A stretch of 64,000 nucleotides of DNA from Fimbriosthenelais zetlandica (taxonomy: Eukaryota), in contig OZ365110.1 in NCBI GenBank assembly GCA_977030845.1, forward strand, positions 23,560,001 through 23,624,000, written 5' to 3'. Within the stretch, counting starts at the first letter, position 1. Each line of letters starts with the position of its first letter. Below, piece after piece: positions 14,353 through 26,750 of the stretch. The notes under the pieces were generated by a model. The model saw nothing but the letters and a program-made list of their open reading frames with translations. It was not told where the DNA came from and did no database searches. Made by a program: the position numbers and the translations under genes.

Positions 14353-15911
14353 AATATATCTGGGTATGCATCGGAAGATTGATCCCAAATTGTTAGTAGG
14401 CCTAATACCGTGAACTTGATTTAGTTAAAAAAAACGTTATTTCATTATATAGCTGTAGGCCTACTTGTTACTATGAAAATTGCCGCAATAACAGCCGTGG
14501 GTCTAAGGAATGATCCCTATATAGTATATTATTTTTCTTTATAGTTTGTTTTGAATTGGCCCACATGCATTCCATCATTATGCCCTCATATATCATTGGT
14601 ATTTGTTGCCATTTCCTGGAATTGACAAGAAAAGCAATTTGCCCGATTGAGAGGATGAATTGCTGTTTGGTAGTTTCCCTACAGATATAAACTTCTAAAG
14701 ATATAGGCGTGGTATTATGCATGATTGATTACAATGTATAGAAATGGGATTCAAATCAAGACAATGTTTTCCTACTCTGTCTAATAGTGAATGACATCCA
14801 CACAATTCACGGCAATTTAGTATCTTGATACATCGAACTTATATATTTCCGCCGAGCTGTATGTTCAGCAATCGGTGCAATATCGAATGTGGGCCTTTAT
14901 TTTTGGCCTTTTCTATGAAATAATATTATTAGCTCGAATAATAATGAAAATGATAGTAGTTAAATTAATCTCTGCTCATTTGTAATATGTAATTTAAACG
15001 GTTTTCTTAATATTCTGACCTTTTTGTCCATTCTACTCAACATTTTGCTATTATATTATCTTCAACTGGGTCGTGCATGGCACATCAAATTAAGAAACTT
15101 GTTATCATAATGCATGATCAGAGTTTTCCCTCTCATGTATGAATAGTATATAGAAACCTTTCATGTTTTAATCAAAATTTCAGTCCAAGCGAAATTGAGC
15201 AGACTAGGAATGTCTGGGATATTTGTAGGCTTTTATATTCTTCATCCTAACTGAATCAAACAAACCATTACTCTCATTTTTTCGTTCTGGAGGACCTGTT
15301 TCGCAGTCAGCTGGCCAAATTTTAACAGTACCCTATTCATGCCATATTCTGGCCGCTTCTAATCAATAGACGCATCAGCGAATGAGGCAAGGTTTTGCAT
15401 TTGCAAATTTCCGATTTTTGAATTCGATTTCTCATCCATGTTTTTATCTGTAAAGTGAAGGCAATGCTGGAAAGATCCTTTCATCAAGAAATGAGGGACC
15501 TTCAGGGGGCTGTTTCACAAGAAAATATGCAACAGTATAGGTCATGTGAACTCTAAAAGAACGTTTCTCGCCCATTCTTAAAGAAGCATCCCCATGCTGG
15601 GGGTCTTCGGTTGAGGGGGACGGAGAATACTTGAAACAGATTAACTCAAGTGAAATTGAGAATGACTGGAAATTTTGTGCGGCTCAATCAGAATACAGGG
15701 GTTTTCATTGGGGCAACTCCGATCTGCTCAGATCCATAGAATAACTATGAATGTAAACTATCTAATCAAAAGCTCCAAGTCTGGGAATGGATTGGCAGAC
15801 TCCTGCCCTGGTATCATGACAGATACTGTTACTGTTATTGACCGTTCTTACACCTTGCTGGAGTACACTATGTCCCTTAAAGGGACACCACACACACTTG
15901 GTATTAATGTA

Positions 15912-16057
15912 TTAGCCAATCAGAATGTGGAAGGTGTTGGCCATTGTCATTGTCATACACAGGGGGCGCCACTGAACGGAGACTCGATTGTTAGTTGGCG
16001 CCCCTCAATGTAGAAAAATAGCAATGCACCAACCCCTTCCTTATTCTGATTGGCTAA
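15912..16057. repeat. 146-bp imperfect fold-back (probable MITE)
   Basis: Perfect 15-bp terminal IR TTAGCCAATCAGAAT/ATTCTGATTGGCTAA, plus inner IRs GAAGGTGTTGG/CCAACCCCTTC and GGGGCGCCA/TGGCGCCCC. Confidence 0.7.
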
Positions 16058-19000
16058 CCAAGACCATGTGACTGGGGCGACTTATTATGTTTGTGGAATT
16101 CACTCTCTACATAATTTGTAGTGAAATCAGCTATATAAAGCCTATCAAAATAACTTTATACCAAGTGTTTGGCATCCCTATATTATAATACCTGGATTAA
16201 ATATACTGAGGTGGTGTGATTGCAAATGACTCATTCTACAGGAAACATTTAAGAAAGAGAAACACCACTTTAGCACTGATAGGAGGAAATAATCAGCACA
16301 TTTGAGAAACAAGCGGAAGCAGCCGCGTGTTCTATACTCATTGATTCCATGTAGGCCTATACAGCAATGATGTGATAGGCTCCACTCCAGAAGGCTATAT
16401 TGGCTTGAATATTTGTGGTTAGATGCAAATATCTCTCTAGCTTTCTCCTATCAGTTCAGAACTGACTTGGCAGCCTGCCAGTTTTGTCACCCACCATTAA
16501 TCCCTTTATACATTCTTTATATTACAAAGCTAACAGTCACTAATAGGATACTATGAGAAAGGAACTAAGACTAAGGAGTATAGAAGGAAAACATTCTCTA
16601 CTCGTAGGACTTAGAACTGGTTTTACAATAGCAAAGTATAAAAGGCCACATCACGTATCTCTACAGAGATCTATATATCTGTATTGAACTTGAGACACGT
16701 GACCAAACTTATAATAATGGTCGGCCTACAATTATTAAGAGTGGCTACATGACGAGCTATTAAGTGTATGATTATTGTATAATGAAGTAATTCACAAAAA
16801 AACACAACTTAAATGCATAATTTAAACTAACAATTGTTAGGATTGCTGGATTGCAGGATCAATATTTTGTGATAGGTATCTTTATGAAGCTAAACACTTG
16901 CTAATTATATATCTTTTTTCATACCAAAAACCAACGTCTGATTAATCTAAAAGTCAAAGTTAAATTTCCTCACTCTAGATTTGCACACAAGTAACAGTCC
17001 CATAGACGTTAGTGTAGGCATCATAGAGCGCTATAAAAACAAGTACAACTTAATGGGTTGTAAACGCAATGAAACTATGCTTTTATAGCCCCAGGGTATC
17101 TACTCCGGGTTTCTCAGGGCCCTGGCATTATATAACCTTTAAAGGTTTTGCAGGCCGTGTAGTTTTCTAGATTCTCGATGGGGAGAATTTGGATTCTGAT
17201 TGCTTACTGTTAAATGCATAGAGCAGAAGGTGTAAATGGACAGGAAAATTGATTTCTTCAATCTCTGTCACGTGGCTTTCTCATCATGTATGCTTGGATT
17301 CCTTATTAGGACATTGAACGTATTGAAGTAAAGAGAGTGCATGGGAGAGTAAGAAAGGCATAGACAGGGGTAGGGAGAGAAGAAAGTCCTCTCCACGTTC
17401 AATATTATTAAAATAGCCATTAATGTAAATTTATTTTGACATCTATCTCACGATAGACTCATTGCTATATTCTGGTACTGAAATTATTAAAAAGATATTG
17501 TGCTTATTCTGAATATCTCCATACCAAATTGACGTAGAGTATACAATATCAATGAATGATTATTAATTTCATCACCATTTGGAAGTTCTGCTCCAAAGTC
17601 TATATACCCGGTCTATATAAGGGACGTTTAGATTCGCACTTGTAGTCTGTTCATGGCACCCACCGTATGGCAATAACACTCACAGAACATTTAATTCTGC
17701 TCATCTCTGCCTGAGTAAAGCCACCTCATGCCCTAGTGGCTTCCTGGGTACACTTCTCACAACATATGGTGGTCAGGGGGTCTTGTTTAACGTCCTTCGT
17801 ATTCCTGGAGGTATAGACATAAACTGCCAGTGCTCGACACTGATTCCATATTACCAGAGATTGCGGAAGCTGTAATGGATGAAGTGCTTGGAACATATCA
17901 TTATGAATTCATTTTGCAATTTATTAACCGCTCCTTACGATAATAACACTCATTCAAAACCCGATAGTCTGTATTTGAACAGTTTTGGATTATCACGAGA
18001 TGTCTAATGGGTTAATTTATATGGAGGTGTTCCATGTATGGCAGTTGTTTATACCAATGAAGCCCGTAGATAAGTCAGTGTCATTGTTTTAATTGAGATT
18101 AAAAGGAACAAGCGTAGGCGTTCCTTTACGTACTCACTAACATCTATGTCTGCAAGTAGTCGAGCTCAGATCCAAAGACAAGATTCACTGGGACAAGCCC
18201 ACCTCCCGTCACCATTCATTAGGTAATGTTTTAGACCTCTGAAATCGGTCAGGCAAATAAAAGCAAGACATGTTCAATATGAGTTCATCTTAATTTTCCT
18301 GATGTACCATAAACAGAGGAGGCATGAGGACAAGAAAAGCCATCAAGTCATTAGAGGTGGTGATTGATAGCTGAAGAGAATGAATTGTTACGGCACGGGG
18401 GATGAGGTGGACGCTAAAAGGAACCAGCTAAGAGCAGACGGCCACCAGGCAATGCTGGTCTGAAGAGAGTCACTCAAGTACAGATATCATCCCTGCCAAG
18501 CGAATAAAGAGCTGTTTCTGCTAAGGCAATGAATTCACCATCCAGTGATGGAGTCACAAAGACCAGCATGACAATTAGAAACATCAATATGTGTTTTCTC
18601 TGATAGGGACGACGCAAAGCGGACTTTGAGCATGCAGCCGAAAGCACTGCACACATCCCGAAACAAGCTTCTCTGGTCAAATGATGAGAACAAATGCCTT
18701 AAAAGCCAGTAGCTGGGTGGTAATAGGTGTAGGAAGAGCCTTTACAACGATCCTCTTAGGCTGGGATTCCCTTGGCTGGATCTTCCTAATGCTTGCAAGT
18801 CTGGTTATATCACAAAATCTGCAAGCAGTGTCTAGCACCAACTTTTGTCCAGTGATAACGGCTAGTCTATATCAGTTTTAAGTTCTTTCTGTCTAAGATA
18901 TGGTACGTGTGCCTACAAATGATTCACAAATATAGGCCTATCCACTTTCAGTAATCCAACAGAATCGAATTGATATTTCCCTTTCAGTTTAATCAAATGA

Positions 19001-22000
19001 AAGGATCTGAGAATATTAAATTTCTCTTCGCAAAAGTTCTGATGTATTGATTGATTTATGCTAACCTTTGGGCCGATCTCTGACTGTGTGGTGCTATTTA
19101 AATCTCTTTCTACTGCAATCTGTTGGCGAGATCGGATACTTGACAAGTAAAAATGAATATGCTCTATTTGGAGACGTCTAGTTACACGTATTATCGCCCG
19201 CCAGTGTCAGCTAAAGGCGACATTTCAACAATATCAACATCCACTCTAAGATATATTGACAATACCAAAAGGTGTTTTTAACGTTCTAAGTAAATATTGG
19301 GAAAATAATGATGGTATATCCGAATCAGGACTTTTGCCCAGAAAATAAAACATGTATGACAGATTTCAAAATCTAAAGACACATGTTGGTGTAAAAATTC
19401 TGATCCTGCAAAGGGCGATATAAACTAATAACAATTTGTGCACTTGACACACAAGGACAGAATCATACCATTCCATTTGAAAAAGACCCTGTATGTGAGT
19501 TACACGGTTATTTTAAGAGACAACACATATTTATGACATTGAAATATGGAACAAAATGTTAATATTCTAACGTGGCTGCATTCTGATCCCATGCAGCTGA
19601 GCTAATTTGGGAGAGAAGAATGTTTTCCTGCGGGAAGATCCATATCTTGGGAGCCAGCCTGCTTGACAATGTCAGGCATTCATGATGGCAAGACGGAGAT
19701 AAAAGTTGACACAAATATGGCTAGGGTAATGAATGGATTTCTTTGTGACAGGGTTCATAGGTGATTTTAATCTGAATAAATCAAATCTATTCTTACTCAG
19801 ATTATCCCCTCGGATGCGTCCCTTGCATCCTATAAAATGACCAAAGAATTATTTGTGTCTTCTTTCCTTTTACAAACCATTTCTGCATGCCACCATCTGC
19901 CTCAGATAATTTTTTGAATTTGAGGGATGAGAAGCATAGATCTTTGTGGTCACGAAATCTAAAAGTAAATGAATAGTTGCAATAGGAGTTTAAGACTATT
20001 CTTAATGAAACAGATTTAATATAACATCTGGGTTTATATTCTATAGTGAAACACCAACGTGGCCTCGCTCAATAGGTCAAGGTCCTCCCTTCAGATTGAT
20101 ATTGTAAGGTCAAAGACCACAGACCGGAGGTCATTAATACACGACTCTATACAAATGAGAATATCAATTGACTTTGACCGTTTTGCCAATAATGAAAAGG
20201 AACAGAAATCCTCATAAATCCCACCGGTATCATTTTTGGGAAACATCTTGGAACCAGTACCTTTTTAATAAGTGCAATTAAATATATTAACACGGACACG
20301 AGAAATATAATGAAAAGAGAATTAATGTTTCAGATTATGTTCAAATTGGAGCGAAAACAGTTTTTATTGGGACTGTTTACTTATACAGGTATAGGGGTCT
20401 AATATGCAAAAACAAAATCTCTTTTCTGTGAAAAGGCCCCCATGTTCCGAGAGTGGATGGCTAAGAGAATAGTTTGGCTTGTGATGGCTCCTGCACCCGT
20501 GACAAAGTAAGTTGGGTTCTCGAGTGACAGATACCCAAAGCTTTGCATGCATTCTGCCCAATAATACACGAAGCAATCTGATACTTTCACTTTCTACATT
20601 CTTCCTACACCAGGGAGTATTTTGTTACTGTCAGATGCAATACTTCTCTTTTTTGTACTTCTTCTACATGAGGTTATAGGGCCATTGCTGCTGCATTATA
20701 ACCCTTTGAAGATGATATGAAAAAAATGCTTACTTAGTAATATAGGCATAACAACGATGTATAGAAATATCAAATTTCGCTTAGAACAATTCAGGTTATA
20801 GAAATAAGTACAGAAAAATATGAGGGAGAGAAAAAGTTATAAATAATAATCAAAGGATGAAAGGATGACATTTCCTTTTCATTACTCCATTGAAATGACC
20901 CCTTTGTTCGCTGTATAAATATCCTAAATAAAAAAATAAAAAAATAAAAACAAAATCGGGTTAGATTAGGCCAGATAAAGACGAAAGTGGATACATTGTA
21001 CACATAAATGGCGAGTAGTTATAAAATATGAGCTGCTTTGACAAAATAAGGACTAAAAGTTTGACAAAAAAGTATTGGAGATGTAGTTTGTTTTCTTTAC
21101 CGACGAATAATATTATATTAAGTGACATTTTGAGGGCTGCTTCAAGGATAGAGTCAAGTCATGTTGTATTGAATTTGGCAGGAAAAGAAGCACGAATATC
21201 ATGGTGATGGATACCAGTAAACTCTTTGATTGCATTCCAAGGCCGTTTGCTGGTATCAGTAAGTGAACTCACTCCCCAGTGAGTAATCACATTTTTCTGG
21301 ATCTTCACCGTCCAGGCCTGGACGTTATTCACCTACCCATGCCTGCATCTTTGCTCGGGGGTTATCCATAAAAAATACTTTAAAAAATACCTTGTGTCAT
21401 TTGCATGGGAGAATGTGCATAGGGGCTGACTGAGCTGGATGTGTGACAATTTTATAAAAAGTCGTGTAAACAAATGGGTGACGAGAATGAAAAAAAAAGA
21501 TAATTAAATTCTTAAATGATTGAATTGCTAAGTTTGTTTGCTATCTTTGTTAGATTGATATTGCTAGTAATCCTTTTTTAGAACAGTTACAGAATAATTA
21601 TATATGCTCAAGGGTATTATTTACTGCATCAGGCTAAATTAGTTTACACCTTTCATGAAACATGCCCCAGGTTTTGAGATGAAAAATCACAGGATATAGA
21701 TTGATAATAATTGAGTCTGGTTCAGATTGAACCTAGATTCAGATTCCAGACACATATCAGGTCGGAACCCAACCCTTGGATAGCTGGTTATCAAATTTTA
21801 CTTTGTTGATTAGTCCCAAGGGAGCAATTCAAACAACCAACATCCCAATAGCTACAAAAGCAAAGTTTTTACACTAATCTATTCAGGCACTGTGCACAGG
21901 GGTTGGGGTTACTCTATCCTAAAATATTGAGAGGGGGTAATTAAACAACAACAATCAGTCTCTGATAGGATTTCGAATACCGAATTAACTTTATTTCTTT

Positions 22001-22015
22001 ATTTTTGTCTTCCAG

Positions 22016-22061
22016 AGGTGGCATTTGACTGGTGTATGTGCAGGATCTGGATACCTTAATG
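22016..22061 (+). other. Candidate 46-nt internal exon A
   Basis: Strong acceptor (ttaactttatttctttatttttgtcttccAG) and consensus donor ATG|GTAAGT only 46 nt apart. Confidence 0.6.
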
Positions 22062-23937
22062 GTAAGTGTGATTCAAAAGGTGGCCATATAATTATATCTT
22101 TTGAAAGCAAGTAAGCTTAAATTCAAAATGTCTAACCCACAAAAAAGCTCAATAATAGGTTGGGTTGCTATTTGCCAGGGGTCTCAGGCCCCCATCATCT
22201 CCCCCTCCCTGCTCTAACATGAAACCCATCATTCACATTTCACTCGTACATCCATTAGTCGCTCGGGGTTCATGGCCTTGGGAATATTGAATCATTCCTT
22301 TCACACTCCATCCTCCCAGAAATGGAAACCTGGGCTGGCAAGGCTTCCCTTTTGACAGCTCGTTGCCCACCTCCCTGAACCCCCGATGTCTACAATTGTA
22401 TATCTATCATTCAGCCTTACCAGGCTTTCTTCCCAGGCCTTGGAAAGCCATGATCAACAGCACTAGCGCTATATTTAATTCATATGTGAGTGCTGTACTT
22501 CACTTGTGACTTCTGCACTTAGTTAGGCCAAAGTGACTACTGATCTATACTAATGCATCATTGTCCAATATTTGTAGTTGTGAACAATGGGGACACTCAT
22601 CAGCTACAATAAATATTCATTTCCCACTCCATTCGCCTCCCTCCTATGTGCTGCAAATGAGTTTTGGGCAAAATAACACATTCAAGTACACACTAGAGCT
22701 TGTAATCTTCTTTTTCACTTATAGTCACATATTAGCAAATATTTGCTCATGCTGCAATGCTTGTAATTGACATTGTTATAGCTCCGAGCAAGGGAAGCCC
22801 TTGATTGAAATTATTCTATGCCTTCTGATTTATGCTTGTATGATCTATGGGAAACTTTGTGTTTGTCCGTTGTCTTTTTTTTTCGAAAGACCGAGTAGGA
22901 TTCTTGCTTTAGGGTTTAAGAAAGTATAGAAAACTTGAAAACTCAAAAATAGCACATTTTAGATTTGCATTTGTGCAATGTGTCTTATAGGTCGACCAGC
23001 CCCTTATTCATACCATAATCCAGACCACTCATCTTCTATAACCTTTGACCTATGCAATAGGAATCATTTTCTAACATAGTTACTCTCTGAAGTTTGGTAT
23101 TTGTCATTTGGTCTCCTCCAAGGGCCACTTATGTGAACCTTTAGGTAAAATGTCAAGAGGGTTCACATTTGGCCACATGTGGACAATGACCATGCATGCC
23201 CAGTAGGATTTGATTTCTAATAATAGCCGCAAAACCTGGTGACCTAGGGACACACCTCCCAATGTGTGTCCCTGGGAATTGTGGACAGATTTGTTACCAC
23301 CTGGGAGTGTGTTTTTATTAAATTCCCGGACAGGTTCTCATTATTAAAAGAAGCCAAGCAATTAGGCATAGGTAGGTCCATTAGAAGATTTTCACATAAT
23401 AATACTATTTGACCAGACAAAAGTCCGCACCTTAATCCATTTTCCTTTAATATTTTTCCATTAAATTATTTAAGACATGAGGCCAATAGTACAATAATAT
23501 GGGCCAAGTAGCCCAGTTTGTATTATTCGGTCAGAAATCACTGCCAAAAGACAATAATTATGTTTCCCCAGCAGCACACCCAAAAACTAGTAAGTGCCCT
23601 CTGGTGTTGGCCACTGAATCTGGCAACCCTTTCCCTGTCAAGAAAAACATTAGGGGATGAAAAGAAACAGAGGGGTGGATTCCATGCTGATTTCCATTAC
23701 AATGCCACTCCATCTGGGCTCATCTTCACCAGCCGGATTTCTAAAAGAGGAACCAGGTGCATAGCTTTCTAAAAGAGGAAATTGTATAGACTTGAATCAT
23801 TCATCAAAAAATGAATTTTAGCTCAAAGAAAATGTACAGCGTCTTGACTTAGCATTTATAATATTATAGTTACCCATTTTAGGTATGTTGTAATTCTAAA
23901 TTAATTATATTTAAATGTCTATTATAGCCTTCAATAA

Positions 23938-24040
23938 TGCCGGGCCCACACAGAGGCGATTTGCCCAAGCGATGCATAGCCATAGAAATATACTATCGCT
24001 CTGCATCGGTTGGGCAAATCGCCTCTGTGAGAGCCCGGCA
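23938..24040. mobile_element. 103-bp fold-back MITE, PIF/Harbinger (Tourist)-like
   Basis: 39-bp arms TGCCGGGCCCACACAGAGGCGATTTGCCCAAGCGATGCA and the reverse complement with 3 mismatches. It is flanked on both sides by TAA (23935-23937 and 24041-24043), the canonical PIF/Harbinger target-site duplication. Confidence 0.8.
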
Positions 24041-26459
24041 TAAAGCGACAGATCGCACAAGAAAACTCAAACTGAACATTGATAAAGAGTCAAGTGATTT
24101 GATGTCCTCATGGAGGCATAAATTCCACAGTGTTCCACCGCGCTAGCTCGGGGCCTTTTTAAGGGTTTCTGTCTTGGGTCTCGGCACGGGCAGATTGTCT
24201 TTGGAGCTTTGCCTAGTGGATTTCCTTGTTTGGTGTGTTTGATGTGGTGCATTTAATAGTTCAAAGGATCGGTTATACATTAGGTTAGGGAGGAAGTCGT
24301 TTCTTCTGGATTGTAGTGGAGTTAACCCTAGTTTGTTTTTAAGTTCTGTTCTGTTGCCTTGTATACTTGTAGGCCTTTCCTATTTAGTGTATGTATCTTT
24401 GTGAAGCTGAATAAATGATAAATGGTTACAGATTTGATTATTTTGGCCACTTGGTCTTGGCAATGAAACAATCGTTCGCCTGTTATCATCAGGCCTGCGG
24501 GTCAGTCAGATGTCTGTAATTAGAGAAAGCAAATTCCTTATTCATTTCCAATTAATGTGCTTCGAGTTTTAGGTTAAATTTTGGATAAAACGTGTAACCC
24601 AAGTACAAAAAGCTGTTAAAATGTCAATTAATCCTCTTAACTGGTCACGTGAGCGTGGGTGAGCCAAGACGCTGGCCAAACAAACCATTAATATGCCCTG
24701 ATTAAGGGTTTTCAATGTCTTTTCATGACACGTCCCAGAGATAAAAGCAAAATTATAATGTTCCATTTAATTTGAGATCCAGGGAGGACATGGGTTTCAA
24801 TGAATCAAACAGCTATTTATTGTGTGCGAGTCTTTTCCTGGGCTTAATTTTCGAATAAACACACGTACATATAAAATTATAATAGGCTACATAGCAGATC
24901 TTTCCTTAGTTTCTGAATTTAATGGACCACTGAAGAATTTCCAAACCAAATTTAAATAACACAAAAAAGGTGAACTGTGGTGTTAGAGCACTTTTTGCCC
25001 AAATATGCATCACATGCTAATGAAGCCTTTATCTATTCTCCAGTAGGTCGCAAAGGGACGCTTTTATGCAAACCATCATGATATGCATGAAACTAATGCT
25101 CCATTTTCCATACTATATTTTCGCCTGTGTCAGGAAAAGATGAGGGATAAGGAAAAAGATGAAAGAAATGCATTAAGGTGAACATTAGGCACTGAAGTAC
25201 AAAGCTGTACGTTTTTGGCAACTGCATGCATAGATGTCGTCAAAATATTTATCACATCAAAAGGTTAACACCTTTGATGTGTTAGTTAACACTCTCTGTT
25301 TAGTTAATCAGCACTTGAGCTGTTAAAATATTACTGTAGGCCTATGTAAAGAATCATCTTTCTCTAATTCTGGGATTTAAACTGTTCAATTGGTACAATT
25401 TCATGTACATACATGTCACAACACCCGCAAAAGATGATTGTGATGTCGGCGATAAAAGTATGAGACCACGATTAGTTCTTGCAGACTTCTAGGACCATTT
25501 TACTCGCGCTCTCTTGTGGTCATAGCAATTTGTGTGAACCCCGCTTAAATGTCTTCATCAAGGAACACTGCTGTGTCTTAGTATTCTAGTATTTACTATG
25601 CATTTTATATTTTTTTCCATGAAACGTTCCCTGATCAAGCCAGACCTTCCTAAGCCCTGTAAAGGAGGTGTGATCATTGATCGTTTCCCCATGCCATATT
25701 TCATCATAGATATTTGCGCCTGCCAATTTTCCATAGGGGATGCCGCGCAATAGGCAAACGCTTCAAAAGACGATGGGTATATAGATGGCTTACTTTATCA
25801 CACCGCACGATGAAGGGATACCTCAATGTTCCTGCCACTGGAATAAGAACCATCACTCATATCCAACACAGACACATTTCAGGCTCTATCAAACGCCCTT
25901 TTTATGGCCTGATAGCATCTGGAGAATAAGGAATATTGCCCCTGAAGAACTGGCTCTTATCACCGCCAAATTTTATGTGCTCACTTGTATATGCCGCCCC
26001 AGCTAAACATGGTACATAATCAAGTTCCTATAGACGAAGCTTACTCTACCAATAATTGATAAGGCTATAATTGATGGCCGGAGGTATCAATATATTGACT
26101 TGTGAAGTTGTGATTAATTGTTGTAATATTCATGAACTGACTGGGCTAATCTTCATGCACGGTCTCGCATATTGTTCAGAAGTATCCGCCCATGTAGATA
26201 CATAATAGCAAGTCCCTGTTCCTTACATACAAATACACTTGAGAGGTTCAGACGTGATGAAGAAGGAAGGGTGGCCTTGGGATGATGTTCCTATTTCCAT
26301 AGTGATGTAACAAATGACACAGCCAAGTGGGGTGACAAAATTGATGAAGGGGCTAAAGGGGCACTTGAGCGTGCGGTTAAGCAGGTCTAAACTAATTTTG
26401 CCGTGTTTGCTACGTGATGAATAGTGTCCATTCTGACCGGAGAAATTCTACAACTCCTT

Positions 26460-26750
26460 TATATGTCCTCAAGCAACTTCCAGAAATATCCACTAGCACT
26501 TTTTCCTTTATGTTTTCTTGGAGTTCTTTCACAAGTTTGGCGTTCCGTCAGAAGGGGATTAATTGCATTTGACTTGCACAGGTCTGAAAGGTCATTCATA
26601 TTATTGGAAACTTTGGCTTTGACACGGGCAATCAGTCCTTGGATTAAGATGGTTGCTGAAATATTTAGATGTCAGGCTATGACAATTTCATTCTCTCGGA
26701 CAGGGTAAGGTGACTGAAGATTATTAGTTTAAAAGTGAGTTTAATTCTTA
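26460..26750 (-). pseudogene. Degenerate LINE (CR1/L2-like) apurinic endonuclease fragment
   Basis: The minus-strand translation reads ELNSLLN (frameshift) ... NEIVIA*HLN ... LSDLCKSNAINPLLTE. This resembles the order EL..LL / IVI.GD.N / L.DL......L..EPT of CR1/L2 APE domains. Stops and frameshifts are present. Confidence 0.4.

Noticed and set aside
17850-17930. THAP-like ICSKHF on the minus strand
   Set aside because: A six-residue match only, with no upstream C2 or W motifs and flanking stops.
25880-25930. RT-like AIKRAFDRA on the minus strand
   Set aside because: It lacks the conserved Asp, is too close to the endonuclease relic, and has no other RT motifs around it.
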